In this document: in pieces, positions 47,158 to 56,941 of the stretch | Layout: each line of letters opens with the position of its first letter | How positions within the stretch are numbered: the stretch's first letter is position 1 | NCBI GenBank assembly: GCA_037131775.1 | Contig: JBAXQK010000001.1 | Span: 12,708-76,707 of the forward strand | DNA length: 64,000 nucleotides | Direction: 5' to 3' | Source: Candidatus Uhrbacteria bacterium | GTDB taxonomy: Bacteria; Patescibacteriota; Patescibacteriia; UBA9934; GWF2-40-263 | Position numbers and translations under genes: made by a program | The notes under the pieces: model-generated | Told to the model about the DNA's origin: nothing | The model's database searches: none | What the model saw: only the letters and a program-made list of their open reading frames with translations

Positions 47158-47277
47158 CTAGACGGCCGCGGCAGCCTTGGCGGCGGCCTTGACGAAGCGG
47201 ATCGCCTTGGCGCGGCGCTGGTCGGCGAGATTGACCTTGCGCTCGGCTTTCCACATGTTTCGAATTTTTTTGCGCAT
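47158..47277 (-). CDS. Small basic protein, 39 aa (MRKKIRNMWKAERKVNLADQRRAKAIRFVKAAAKAAAAV), hypothetical.
   Basis: Immediately upstream of rlmN on the same strand, 1 nt apart. Lys/Arg-rich like a ribosome-associated peptide, but no family recognised. Confidence 0.25.
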   Translation of the reverse strand: MRKKIRNMWKAERKVNLADQRRAKAIRFVKAAAKAAAAV

Positions 47278-47392
47278 TCCCATATATAGGTAGAAAACTC
47301 GAAGCTCGCAGGACGAAGTTCGAAGAGTTACGGATTTGCCAGAATAATAGCGGAATGGTTGGGATTGGTCAAGTATGATAGAATAATACCGT

Positions 47393-47809
47393 ATGATTCC
47401 GCTCGATCCTGCAACAATCCTCCTTGGAATCGCCATGATTCTGCTCACGGCGTCCGCCACGGTCGCCCTGCTTGTCCACAAGCACCCGCCCGCCGTTCGC
47501 GTGCTGATCGGGACGTTGGCCGTGTCGTTTCTGTCACTCGCCGGGGTCGTCCTGGTCGATCTGTTCGGGGCGGGGGCAACGCCCGTCGTCACGGATCAGA
47601 CCCAACTCCTGTCGCTCGTGGCCGCGTCCCACCGGCGTCTGCTCGCGATCCTCCCGCTTATTCTGACGGGATCGTCCCTCGTCATCCTGAACGTTTACCA
47701 AGAGCGCATCGCCGAGAAGCACGCGAGCGACTATCGCAACGCCGTCGCGCTCTCGACCGCAGCCTCCCTGATCGCGACGATCGTCATCGCGATCGAATCA
47801 ATGATCTAA
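47393..47809 (+). CDS. Hypothetical membrane protein (4 TM helices).
   Basis: Hydrophobic helices only. Confidence 0.35.
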   Translation: MIPLDPATILLGIAMILLTASATVALLVHKHPPAVRVLIGTLAVSFLSLAGVVLVDLFGAGATPVVTDQTQLLSLVAASHRRLLAILPLILTGSSLVILNVYQERIAEKHASDYRNAVALSTAASLIATIVIAIESMI

Positions 47810-47813
47810 TCCT

Positions 47814-48122
47814 ATGCTCTCCTGGTTCAAATCCCGCGTCCACGAGTCCTTGGCCGCCGCCGCCCTCTTTGCCGCCGGAGTCGCGCTCCAGGCCGCATGG
47901 ATTACGAACCTTGTCTGGTTCAGAACGTCGCGAACGGACGCGCTCGGCTCGCTCTACCTGTTCGTCGCCACCGTCTACGCGATCATCTTCGTCCTAACCG
48001 CGGCCTGGTGTCGCGGCAAGGACTGCTCCGATTTTCGTGACCGCGCCTACCATTTCTTTTTCATCTCCATCCTGATCTTCGCGGCGATGACGCTGCCGAT
48101 CGTCTATGGATTTACCGTCTAA
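47814..48122 (+). CDS. Hypothetical membrane protein (3 TM helices).
   Basis: Hydrophobic helices only. Confidence 0.35.
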   Translation: MLSWFKSRVHESLAAAALFAAGVALQAAWITNLVWFRTSRTDALGSLYLFVATVYAIIFVLTAAWCRGKDCSDFRDRAYHFFFISILIFAAMTLPIVYGFTV

Positions 48123-48129
48123 CCGCATT

Positions 48130-49629
48130 ATGACCATTACCGTCCGAAAAGGAAACCTCATCGACGAAAAGGCAGATCTGCTTGTACTCAATTTGTTTGC
48201 CGGAGAAAAGCTCGGCGGCGCGGTGGAGGCGGTCAATGCGAAGCTCGACGGACTTGTCGACACGATCGCGAAGGAAGACCAGTTCAAGGCCGCGCTCGGG
48301 ACGACGCTTTCGATTCGGACCGGCGGCGCGATCCCGGCGAAGCGCTTGTTGATCGTCGGACTCGGCGACAAGAAGAAGTTCTCGGAAGAGACCGTGCGCG
48401 TCGCGGCGGCCGCATCGCTGAACGTCGCGAAGTCGATCGGCGCGAAGACGGTCGTATCCGTCCTGCACGGCGCGGGAGGCGGGGAATACGCGGCACGGCT
48501 TTGCGGCAAGGCGATCGCAGAGGGCGTGTTGCTCGCGGACTATGAGTATGGCCGGTACAAGAAGGAATCCCCCAAGAAGTCGCCGACGAGCTTCTCGATC
48601 GTAACGACGGACGGGAAGAAGGCACGATTTGCGGCGGAGGGCGCGAAGCTTGGCGAGACGTATGCGCAGGCGACGATTTTGGCCCGCGATCTCGTAAACA
48701 CGCCGCCGTCGCACATGGTTCCCGCCGATCTTGTCGAGGCCGCGAAGGCCATCGCGAAGGCGAGTCCGGGAATGAAGATCAGGGTGTTCAACCGCGCGCA
48801 GCTCGCAAAGATGGGCGCGGGCGGATTGCTCGGCATCGCGAAGGGAAGCGAGCACGAGCCATTCCTGGTCCACATGACCTATCGTCCGGCGAACGCGACG
48901 ACCAAGACGAAGTCCATCGCCCTCGTTGGCAAAGCCGTCACGTTTGACTCGGGCGGCCTTTCGCTGAAGCCCGCCAACTCGATGGAGACGATGAAGTGCG
49001 ACATGGCCGGGGCGGCCGCGGTGATCGGGGCGTTCTCCGTGATCGCGGAGCTGGCGCCGAACGCGGAGGTGCACGGAATCTTCGGCGCGGTCGAGAACAT
49101 GCCGTCGGGAACGGCCGTCCGACCGGGAGACGTGCTCACGATCATGAACGGCAAGACGATGGAAATCAAGAATACCGACGCCGAGGGCCGCGTGACGCTC
49201 GCCGACACGCTGACGTACGCCGCTCGCCTCAAGCCGAACGCGATCATCGACCTTGCGACCCTTACCGGCGCCTGCGTCGTCGCGCTCGGCGAGGAGATTA
49301 CCGGTCTCATGTCAAACGACGACGCGCTCGCGCTGAAGGTCGAGACCGCCGCAAAGTCTGCCGGCGAGCTGATGTGGCGCATGCCGCTGCCGGAGGAATA
49401 CAAGGAGCTGATCAAGACCGACATCGCGGACTACAAGAACGATGCTCCGCGCTGGGGAGGAAGCCTGACCGCGGGCCTGCTGCTCCAGGAGTTCGTCAAC
49501 GGGATCCCGTGGGTCCACCTCGACATCGCCGGACCGGCGTTCGCCGAGCATCCCGTCAACCCGTACACGAGGAAGGGCGCCACGGGCCACGCGGTCCGCA
49601 CGCTGCTCGAATATCTTCGCGCGCTATGA
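48130..49629 (+). CDS. pepA: Leucyl aminopeptidase (M17 family).
   Basis: VGKAVTFDSGG, NTDAEGRVTLAD signature, and a conserved C-terminal catalytic domain. Confidence 0.8.
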   Translation: MTITVRKGNLIDEKADLLVLNLFAGEKLGGAVEAVNAKLDGLVDTIAKEDQFKAALGTTLSIRTGGAIPAKRLLIVGLGDKKKFSEETVRVAAAASLNVAKSIGAKTVVSVLHGAGGGEYAARLCGKAIAEGVLLADYEYGRYKKESPKKSPTSFSIVTTDGKKARFAAEGAKLGETYAQATILARDLVNTPPSHMVPADLVEAAKAIAKASPGMKIRVFNRAQLAKMGAGGLLGIAKGSEHEPFLVHMTYRPANATTKTKSIALVGKAVTFDSGGLSLKPANSMETMKCDMAGAAAVIGAFSVIAELAPNAEVHGIFGAVENMPSGTAVRPGDVLTIMNGKTMEIKNTDAEGRVTLADTLTYAARLKPNAIIDLATLTGACVVALGEEITGLMSNDDALALKVETAAKSAGELMWRMPLPEEYKELIKTDIADYKNDAPRWGGSLTAGLLLQEFVNGIPWVHLDIAGPAFAEHPVNPYTRKGATGHAVRTLLEYLRAL

Positions 49630-49907
49630 TCCCGGTCGAGACGAAGTATGGCAGGCTCGTCCTCGTCTGCACGAACGGGCGCGACGACGGACGCGAATGC
49701 TGCATGGCGAAGGGATCCGTCGAGTTGCACACCAAGCTTAAGGAGGCGATCAAAGCGGTCTCGGCGGACGTACGCGTGGTCAAGACGGGCTGTCTCAACG
49801 CTTGCTCGACGGGCGCGACGGTCGTGGTTATGCCGGAGAACGTCTGGTTCGGACAGGTGACGGAGGAGGATATTCCGGAGATTGTCGCGCACGCCACACG
49901 GGACTAA
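49626..49907 (+). CDS. Thioredoxin-like [2Fe-2S] ferredoxin.
   Basis: LVCTNGRDDGRECC...KTGCLNACSTG is the four-Cys pattern of thioredoxin-fold 2Fe-2S ferredoxins. ATGA overlap with the pepA stop. Confidence 0.55.
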   Translation: MIPVETKYGRLVLVCTNGRDDGRECCMAKGSVELHTKLKEAIKAVSADVRVVKTGCLNACSTGATVVVMPENVWFGQVTEEDIPEIVAHATRD

Positions 49908-49975
49908 AGTCCCTTGGAAATCGAAGCCGGACTAAAGTCCGTTTGAACAAGTTCACAGGGACTTTAGTCCCGTTC
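49900..49975. repeat. GGGACTAAAGTCCC-family palindromic repeat element (copies at 49900-49913, 49929-49940 and 49958-49971), overlapping the ferredoxin stop codon and ending 5 nt before the glutaredoxin start.
   Basis: Same family as 36755-36852 and 1826-1852. Shares the 3' module CAGGGACTTTAGTCCCGTTCG. Confidence 0.55.
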
Positions 49976-49979
49976 GCGT

Positions 49980-50210
49980 ATGACCGTCATCGTCTACTCA
50001 ACCCCGACCTGCCCGTATTGCAAGCTCGTCAAGAAATTCCTGACGAAGCACGACGTCGCGTTCACGGACATCGACGTGTCCGCCGACGCGAAAGCCGCGC
50101 ACGACATGATCAAGAAGACCGGTCAGCTCGGCGTTCCGGTCGTCGACATCGACGGGAAGACGATCGTCGGGTTCGACGAGGAGAAACTAAAAAAGGCGCT
50201 GGGCATCTAG
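49980..50210 (+). CDS. Glutaredoxin (NrdH/Grx-like).
   Basis: CPYC active site at residues 11-14 and a thioredoxin-fold GVPVV motif. Confidence 0.7.
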   Translation: MTVIVYSTPTCPYCKLVKKFLTKHDVAFTDIDVSADAKAAHDMIKKTGQLGVPVVDIDGKTIVGFDEEKLKKALGI

Positions 50211-50235
50211 TCCCGGCGCCTTTTTCGAATCGTCG

Positions 50236-51063
50236 TTACTCGAGTGTCGTCGAGACGTTGACGGTTCCGTTCGCGTTCCATCCCTTTGCGTAGATCAATC
50301 CGTCCGCGCGCTCCTGGACCTTTGCGAACTTGCCCGACGAGAGATCGAGCGTGTAAACCGCGCCATGCTCATTGTCCGGACCCTCTCCGACCGCGAAGGC
50401 GAGCTTTGAGCTGTCGGCGTTCAGAGTAAACTGTCCAATCATGCCCCATTCGTCCGGCAGTGTGAAATCATGCGCCGGGGCCACCTTCGCATCGGCGAGC
50501 GCCGATTTCGTATCCCAGACGTAGATGTGCGTCACCGTTCCGACGGTCCCGTCGAACTGGGCGAGCGAGATCAGCTTGGATCCGTCCGTGGACAGCAGCT
50601 GAAGGCCCAGACCCCCTCGCGGTTCGACGAAGGTCGAGACCGTTCCCGTGCAGTGATCGACGGCGACAAGCTTCTCGTGTCCGCCGCCGAGCGGGATGTA
50701 TCCGCCAAGACCGGTCGGATCGAACGCGAGGTACGTGATTCCCGGAGTCTCAAGCCACGGGTATACCGCGGCCTCGCCTCCGTGGTCGAGCGTCGCCACG
50801 ACCTTGCCGTTGAGGCTGATCGTCCATTTCGCGTTCGTGTCGTCCGTGTTGACGTAGGTCACGGTTCCGGCTTTGGTACATGCCGGGATGACGGCGGCGA
50901 CGGGCGTCGGAGCGATGACGACCGGGGCCGGGGCGGCCTGCTGGACCGCAGGAGCGGGCTGTACGACGGTCTTTGCCGTCGGAGTAGAGCCGGTGCAACC
51001 AGCACCGGCAAGGGCGAGGGTTGCGCCGAGAACGAGGGTCGGGAGAATGATGCGATAATCCAT
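50236..51063 (-). CDS. Lipoprotein, hypothetical (beta-rich).
   Basis: Signal peptide with lipobox LAGAGC. Confidence 0.45.
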   Translation of the reverse strand: MDYRIILPTLVLGATLALAGAGCTGSTPTAKTVVQPAPAVQQAAPAPVVIAPTPVAAVIPACTKAGTVTYVNTDDTNAKWTISLNGKVVATLDHGGEAAVYPWLETPGITYLAFDPTGLGGYIPLGGGHEKLVAVDHCTGTVSTFVEPRGGLGLQLLSTDGSKLISLAQFDGTVGTVTHIYVWDTKSALADAKVAPAHDFTLPDEWGMIGQFTLNADSSKLAFAVGEGPDNEHGAVYTLDLSSGKFAKVQERADGLIYAKGWNANGTVNVSTTLE

Positions 51064-51170
51064 AGGAAAAGGTTAATGATTGATTCGGGTGTTACAACGA
51101 GGCATCTCCCCAATGGTTACAAAATCAAAAAACCGGTTTTTACACCGGTCTTTGTATAAATCAGCCAATT

Positions 51171-51701
51171 TTACGCCTTTCCCAACGTCTTTTCGCCTAC
51201 CGACCACTCAATCGGGCACAGCTCGCCGCTTTGCAGCGCCTTGAGCACGCGGAGCGTCTCCGTGACCGAGCGTCCAACCGAGCCGGACGAGACGAGGACG
51301 TATCGAATGATACCTTCCGGGTCGATGATGAACGTTCCTCGCTCGGCGAGGCCGTCGTCGGGGTTGTAGACGTCGTAGGCCGTCGCGATCTCGTGGGTGT
51401 TGTCGGCGAGGATCGGGTAGTCGACCTCCGGGAGGTCGCGCTCGAACCAGTTCTTGTGGCTCCACTCCGAGTCCGTCGAGCAGGCGAGGACCTGGGCATT
51501 CAGCGCCGAGAACTCCTCCTTGTGCGAGGCAAACCCGCGAAGTTCCGTCGGGCAGATGAAGGTGAAGTCCCGTGGATAAAAGAAGAATACGAGCCACTTG
51601 CCGGAAAAGTCCTTGAGACTGATCGACGGAAAGAACTCCGCGCCCTTGCAATAGGACGGAACGTCGGAAAAATTCGGGGCCGGTTGAGAGATGCGAATCA
51701 T
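51171..51701 (-). CDS. Peroxiredoxin (AhpC/TSA family).
   Basis: FTFICPTE peroxidatic Cys motif and a C-terminal LCP candidate resolving Cys. Confidence 0.8.
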   Translation of the reverse strand: MIRISQPAPNFSDVPSYCKGAEFFPSISLKDFSGKWLVFFFYPRDFTFICPTELRGFASHKEEFSALNAQVLACSTDSEWSHKNWFERDLPEVDYPILADNTHEIATAYDVYNPDDGLAERGTFIIDPEGIIRYVLVSSGSVGRSVTETLRVLKALQSGELCPIEWSVGEKTLGKA

Positions 51702-51706
51702 AGTTG

Positions 51707-52321
51707 TTAGGAAAGGTTAATCAGCTTTGCCTTGTCGTAGACGGCCGTCGCGGCGGCCCAGTTGAGGTTTTTCCAGAAGTCGGAGATGTATGCCTTGCGG
51801 TCGGCGCCGTAGTCGATGAAGTAGGCGTGCTCGTAGACGTCAAGGACGATGAGCGGAATGGCGCCCCAGACGCCGCCCTGGTTGTGGGCGTCGGCGCCAT
51901 AGATCTTGAGACGAGCGAGATGCGTGTCCCAGGCGAGGACGACCCACCCGCGCATGGCCATGCCCGTTGCAGAGACCAGCGCGATGAGCGCGTCGACGGA
52001 CCCATACTGTTCCGAGATCGCGTCCGCGAGCGAACCGCTTGGGGCGCCATCGCCGCCGAGGACGTTGAAGTAGTGCTCGTGGAGGTACACGCCGTTCGTG
52101 GCGAACGTCTCGCCGTCGCGAAGCGCGCGCAGCTCGGAGTACGACTGGTTCGCGGCGGCGAGCGCCTCCGGGCTCTTCGAGAGCTCGACGAGCTTGTCCG
52201 CGATTTCCTTCATCTTGTTCACGTACCCAACGTACAGCTTGTCGTGATGGATCGCGATGGTCTTGTCCGAGATGCCGATGAGCGGCGTCGCGAACGGAAT
52301 GAGCTTGGGCTCGTATTGCAT
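51707..52321 (-). CDS. sod: Fe/Mn superoxide dismutase.
   Basis: HHDKLY, and the DVYEHAYFIDYG metal-binding signature (DxWEHAYY variant). Confidence 0.85.
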   Translation of the reverse strand: MQYEPKLIPFATPLIGISDKTIAIHHDKLYVGYVNKMKEIADKLVELSKSPEALAAANQSYSELRALRDGETFATNGVYLHEHYFNVLGGDGAPSGSLADAISEQYGSVDALIALVSATGMAMRGWVVLAWDTHLARLKIYGADAHNQGGVWGAIPLIVLDVYEHAYFIDYGADRKAYISDFWKNLNWAAATAVYDKAKLINLS

Positions 52322-52360
52322 ATTGGTTGTTAGTGTATGCTACTATACTACGCGACATCT

Positions 52361-53239
52361 ATGCGACGATCAACTATCGGAATCGCGATTCTCCTAGGGC
52401 TGGTGGCATCCGTCATTTTGTACGGGTTCCATTGGTTTTATCGCGTGCCGCCGGAAGATACGACGGACGCGAATCGCGGGTTCGACGCGTCGGACCTTGT
52501 CTCGGGAGGAACTCCGGACGGCGGAATCCCATCAATAGATACCCCGATCTTCGAATCCGTTGCGGAGGCGGACCAATATCTGAAGGACGACGGAATGGGA
52601 TTGGACGTCGAATTGGACGGAAGGCACCGGTTCTATCCCTTTCAGATCGTTGTCTGGCACGAGATCGTCAACGACACGTTCGGCGATAAGAACCTTGCGG
52701 TGACATTCTCGCCGCTGACGATGACCGGGATGGTCTTTGAGCGGCCGGACGTGACGACGGTCTTCCACGTCGCCGGCTCGCTTTGGAGCGACAACCTCAT
52801 TCTCGTCGACGCGGCGACGAAGTCGCTCTGGAGCCAGATCCTTGGCCGGGCCGTCGTCGGAGAACGGTCAGGGACGGTCCTCGTGCCGTACCAGACGACC
52901 GTCGTATCGTGGACCGACTGGAAGGTTGAAAACCCGCGCGGGGAGGTTCTGTCGCGCGACACCGCCGCCAGTCGCGACTATACGCGCGATCCGTACGGCA
53001 ATTACGCTGCATCGCCGTCGATCCTGTTCCCACTAACGACGGTCGACGCGCGGCTCCCCGCGAAGACAATGGTGTACGTCGTGACGGACGGGGATGCGCG
53101 AACGGCCTATCCCGCGGACGCCGTCGCCAAGGTCAAAGACGTCCAGGCGCTGATCGCGTCGTCCGACAGCGTCGTCCAGGGATTCTGGTTCGTCTTCGCC
53201 GCCGCGTATCCCGGAATCACGCTCTATCAACTCCCATAG
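52361..53239 (+). CDS. DUF3179-family secreted protein.
   Basis: IPSIDTPIF...WHEIVNDT...LWSQILGRAVVG matches the DUF3179 consensus from memory. N-terminal TM/signal. Confidence 0.55.
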   Translation: MRRSTIGIAILLGLVASVILYGFHWFYRVPPEDTTDANRGFDASDLVSGGTPDGGIPSIDTPIFESVAEADQYLKDDGMGLDVELDGRHRFYPFQIVVWHEIVNDTFGDKNLAVTFSPLTMTGMVFERPDVTTVFHVAGSLWSDNLILVDAATKSLWSQILGRAVVGERSGTVLVPYQTTVVSWTDWKVENPRGEVLSRDTAASRDYTRDPYGNYAASPSILFPLTTVDARLPAKTMVYVVTDGDARTAYPADAVAKVKDVQALIASSDSVVQGFWFVFAAAYPGITLYQLP

Positions 53240-53242
53240 CCT

Positions 53243-53917
53243 ATGCCAACCCTCTACATCGTCGCCACGCCCATCGGGAACCTGTCAGACACGACGGAGC
53301 GCGCCAAGCAGACGCTTGCGTCCGTCGACGCGATCCTTTGCGAGGACACGCGCGTCACGTCGAAGCTTCTGTCCGTCTTTGGGATTCAACGAACGCTCGT
53401 GGCCTACCACCAGCATTCCGACGACCATGACGTGAAGAAGATTCTGGAGATGCTCAAGGAAGGGAAGTCGCTCGCGCTTGTGACTGACGCTGGGACGCCG
53501 GGCATCTCCGATCCGGGAGGTCGACTCGTCGAAGCCGTCGTCCGCGAGCTGGGCGAAACCGTGACGATCGTCCCGATCCCGGGAGCCTGCGCCGCCATCG
53601 CCGCGCTGTCCGTGTCGGGGTTTCCGACGGATTCGTTTACGTTCCTCGGATTCCCCCCGCACAAAAAAGGTCGTCAGACATTCTTTAGAGATTTGGTCGG
53701 AATGTCGACGACCGTCGTCTTCTACGAAAGCACGCACCGCATCGAAAAGTGCCTCGACGAGCTCAACGCCAACATGCCAACCCGCCGCATCGTCGTCTGT
53801 CGCGAGCTCACCAAGATGCACGAGACCATTTACCGCGGTACGGCCGCCGACGTGACAGAGCGTCTGAAAAAGACTAGTATTCGAGGCGAATTCGTCGTCG
53901 TCATCGCTCCTCGCTAA
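53243..53917 (+). CDS. rsmI: 16S rRNA (C1402 2'-O)-methyltransferase RsmI.
   Basis: LYIVATPIGNLSD, LCEDTR and DAGTPGISDPG tetrapyrrole-methylase-fold motifs. Confidence 0.8.
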   Translation: MPTLYIVATPIGNLSDTTERAKQTLASVDAILCEDTRVTSKLLSVFGIQRTLVAYHQHSDDHDVKKILEMLKEGKSLALVTDAGTPGISDPGGRLVEAVVRELGETVTIVPIPGACAAIAALSVSGFPTDSFTFLGFPPHKKGRQTFFRDLVGMSTTVVFYESTHRIEKCLDELNANMPTRRIVVCRELTKMHETIYRGTAADVTERLKKTSIRGEFVVVIAPR

Positions 53918-53927
53918 CCTTCCGAGT

Positions 53928-55424
53928 ATGTCAAACTATTACATCACCACCACGCTCCCATACGTAAATTCCGACCCGCACATCGGGTTCGCGCTTGAGA
54001 TCGTCCAGGCGGACATGCTTGCGCGCTACCGGTGTCTTCTCGGCGATACCGTCGTCTTCAACACCGGGACGGACGAGCACGGGATGAAGATTTGGAACAA
54101 CGCGAAGGAGCTGGGGATGGATCCGAAGGCCTACTGCGACGGATACGCGGCCAAGTTCGACGGGCTCAAGCAGGCCCTGAACCTGACGTATACGCATTTC
54201 ATCCGCACGACCGACGCGCATCACATCGAGGCGGCGCAGGCGTTTTGGAAAAAGTGCGCGGACGCCGGAGACATCTACAAGAAGGCATACAGCGTGAAGT
54301 ACTGCGTCGGATGCGAGCTGGAGAAGACAGACTCGGAACTCGTCGAAGGGAAATGCCCGGTCCATCCGAACATGGCGCTTGAGCTGATCGAGGAGGAGAA
54401 CTACTTTTTCCGATGGTCCAACTACCAGCAGGCGCTTCTCGACCACTACGCGACGCACCCGGACTTTGTCGTTCCCGACCATCGTCTCACCGAGATTCGG
54501 AACTTCGTCGAGGGCGGTCTCCAGGACTTCAGCATCTCGCGCCTCGCGTCCAAGATGCCGTGGGGCGTCCCAGTTCCCGACGACGCGGATCAGGTGATGT
54601 ATGTTTGGTTCGACGCGCTGGTGAATTATATCTCGACGCTCGGCTGGCCGAAGACCGACGGATTGTTCGCGGACTTCTGGCCCGGTGTCCAGGTGGCCGG
54701 AAAGGACAACCTGCGCCAGCAGTCGGCTATGTGGCAGGGAATGCTGCTGTCCGCGGGAATCCCTTTGTCGAAGCAGATCTTCATCCACGGTTTCATTACC
54801 GCGGAAGGACAGAAGATGTCCAAGTCGCTCGGCAACGTCGTGAACCCGTACGACCTTGTCGCGTCGCATGGCACGGACGCCACGCGCTACTATCTGCTCG
54901 GCGCGATCCCGTCGTACCAGGACGGCGACTACTCGGCGAAGGTATTCGGCGAAACGTACGCGTCGAAGCTTGCGAACGGAGTCGGCAACCTTGCGGCGCG
55001 CGTCACGATGATGGCGACGAAGTTCTGCGACGGGAAGGTTCCCGCGGTCGTCGAGGACAGATTCGAAACGGCAGCGTTCTGGACGGCGTATCACGACGCG
55101 ATCGCGCGCTATCGGTTCGACGAGGCCGTCCGCGCGGTCGAGGACCTTGCCACCGCGTGCAACCAGGCCATCGACGTGGAGGCGCCGTGGAAGAAGGTCA
55201 AGGAGGGAATCGACGTGTCGCCGTTCCTCTATCAGCTGCTCGAGGCCGTTCGGATCATCGCGACGGCTCTTCTCCCGGTTACTCCGGGCGCGGCCACGAA
55301 GATCCTCGCCGACCTTTCCGTCGACGCGGCGACCGTCCGCCTTCCCGACGACGGCGCATGGGGCAAACTCGTTCCGGGTGCTACCATTGTGAAAGGCGAA
55401 CCATTATTCCCGCGAAAAGAATAA
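53928..55424 (+). CDS. metG: Methionyl-tRNA synthetase (short form without the C-terminal dimerisation domain).
   Basis: PYVNSDPHIGF HIGH motif, KMSKSLGN, and Cys knuckles in the CP domain (CVGC...C..H). Confidence 0.85.
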   Translation: MSNYYITTTLPYVNSDPHIGFALEIVQADMLARYRCLLGDTVVFNTGTDEHGMKIWNNAKELGMDPKAYCDGYAAKFDGLKQALNLTYTHFIRTTDAHHIEAAQAFWKKCADAGDIYKKAYSVKYCVGCELEKTDSELVEGKCPVHPNMALELIEEENYFFRWSNYQQALLDHYATHPDFVVPDHRLTEIRNFVEGGLQDFSISRLASKMPWGVPVPDDADQVMYVWFDALVNYISTLGWPKTDGLFADFWPGVQVAGKDNLRQQSAMWQGMLLSAGIPLSKQIFIHGFITAEGQKMSKSLGNVVNPYDLVASHGTDATRYYLLGAIPSYQDGDYSAKVFGETYASKLANGVGNLAARVTMMATKFCDGKVPAVVEDRFETAAFWTAYHDAIARYRFDEAVRAVEDLATACNQAIDVEAPWKKVKEGIDVSPFLYQLLEAVRIIATALLPVTPGAATKILADLSVDAATVRLPDDGAWGKLVPGATIVKGEPLFPRKE

Positions 55425-55425
55425 T

Positions 55426-55929
55426 ATGTTTCTCGTCGATCTCATCCTTGTCGTCATTATCGGCCTGTTCGTCCTCTTCGGATTCCTGTTCGGGCTGGTC
55501 CATACGCTCGGGAGCCTGATCGGAACCATCCTCGGAACGGTCATCACGAGCCGGCTCATCGACCCGGCGTTCGCGAAGTTCGGATCGTTTCTCGGCGGTG
55601 GGGCGATTGCGAAGATCGTCCTGTTCATCTTTATTTTTCTCGTCATCTCCCGCCTGATCGGCCTGCTGTTCTGGGTCGTCGAAAAGGTCCTCGGCATCTT
55701 CGCCATGGTCCCGTTCGCCAAGACCTTCAATCGCCTCCTCGGCGCCGCGTTCGGCTTCGTCGAAGGGGTGATCGTCGTCGGCGTCGTCCTCTTCTTCGCC
55801 CTTCAATATCTTCCGAACGACGCCGTGCGTGCCGCCCTCGAGCAATCGAACGTGGCGACGTATCTTCTCGCCGTCACCGCGGCGATCCAGGTGATGTATC
55901 CCGAGGGGACGAAATTGCTCACAAAGTAG
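55426..55929 (+). CDS. cvpA: CvpA-family membrane protein.
   Basis: MFLVDLILVVIIGLFVLFGFLFGLV is the typical CvpA N-terminus. Four TM helices. Confidence 0.6.
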   Translation: MFLVDLILVVIIGLFVLFGFLFGLVHTLGSLIGTILGTVITSRLIDPAFAKFGSFLGGGAIAKIVLFIFIFLVISRLIGLLFWVVEKVLGIFAMVPFAKTFNRLLGAAFGFVEGVIVVGVVLFFALQYLPNDAVRAALEQSNVATYLLAVTAAIQVMYPEGTKLLTK

Positions 55930-55930
55930 G

Positions 55931-56012
55931 CTAAAGGCTGAAAGGCGTTTGGCTTAAGGATTGTCCTTAACGAAAAGTCCTTAAGCCTTAGGCCTAACTG
56001 CCTAAAGCCTAT
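55931..56012. repeat. Intergenic repeat, family 2: TAGGCTAAAGGCTGAAAGGCGTTTGGCTTAAGG...CCTTAAGCCTTAGGCC...
   Basis: Near-identical module AAGGCTGAAAGGCGT and CTTAAG-centred palindromic arms are also found at 63528-63609. Confidence 0.5.
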
Positions 56013-56014
56013 CT

Positions 56015-56902
56015 ATGATCGACACGCACTGTCACGTTCACTTCAACGCGTTCAAGGAGGACATGGACGAGGTTATCCGCCGCACGCTCGAAAAGGGCGT
56101 GCGTATGGTTTCGGTGGGAACGCAGGCGACGACGAGCGCAAACGGGCTGAAGGTCGCGGAGAAGTACGACGGGCTCTGGGCGACGGTCGGCTTGCATCCG
56201 AATCATCTGTGCGAGCAGGAGTTCTTCGACGAGCAGGAACTTGGCGGAGGCTCTCCGCCAGCGCCCGGCGTTGACGGTCCGGTCAAGATCAAGACGCGGT
56301 GCGAGACGTTCGACCACGCGACGTATCTCGAGCTTGCGCGACATCCGAAGTGCGTCGCCATTGGCGAGTGCGGGCTCGACTATTACCGCCTGCCTGAGAA
56401 CGTCGACCGCGACGAGACGATCGCGAAGCAGAAGGTCACCGTCCGCCAGCAGTTCGACCTTGCGCACGAAGTCGGCCTTCCCGTGGTCATCCACTGCCGC
56501 GACGCGCATGCCGACCAGCAGGCGATCATCCGCGAGTACCTCGAGGCGGGGAAGTTGCAGAGGCGGGGAGTGATCCACTGCTTTACTGGGACGATCGAGG
56601 AAGCGACGGCGTACGTCGAGCTCGGTTTTTTAATCTCGTTTACGGGCGTTATTACGTTCCCGCCGCGCAAGACGGAAGGACCGATCTCGCCGCTCCAAAC
56701 AGTCGTCCGTGACCTTCCGCTCGAGAACATGATGGTTGAGACCGACTCGCCGTACCTGACGCCGGTCCCGCACCGGGGAGAACGGAACGAGCCCTGGATG
56801 GTTCGGTTCGTCGCGGCAAAGATTTCCGAGCTGAAAAAAGTAAGCCTTGAGGAAGTCGATCGCGTGACGACGGAGAACGCGAAGAGACTGTTTGGAATTT
56901 AG
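56015..56902 (+). CDS. tatD: TatD-family metal-dependent hydrolase (DNase).
   Basis: MIDTHCHVHF, a metal-binding His/Glu/Asp series (GLHP, ECGLDY, HCRDA, DSPY). Confidence 0.8.
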   Translation: MIDTHCHVHFNAFKEDMDEVIRRTLEKGVRMVSVGTQATTSANGLKVAEKYDGLWATVGLHPNHLCEQEFFDEQELGGGSPPAPGVDGPVKIKTRCETFDHATYLELARHPKCVAIGECGLDYYRLPENVDRDETIAKQKVTVRQQFDLAHEVGLPVVIHCRDAHADQQAIIREYLEAGKLQRRGVIHCFTGTIEEATAYVELGFLISFTGVITFPPRKTEGPISPLQTVVRDLPLENMMVETDSPYLTPVPHRGERNEPWMVRFVAAKISELKKVSLEEVDRVTTENAKRLFGI

Positions 56903-56941
56903 GAAAAGAAAAAGACGACACGCGGGGTGTCGTCAGTGTGC

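Noticed and set aside
47158-47277. Calling the 39-aa basic ORF upstream of rlmN a ribosomal protein (bL34, bS21, bL36 or Sra).
   Set aside because: The sequence does not match any of those families' conserved cores from memory. Retained only as a hypothetical small basic protein.
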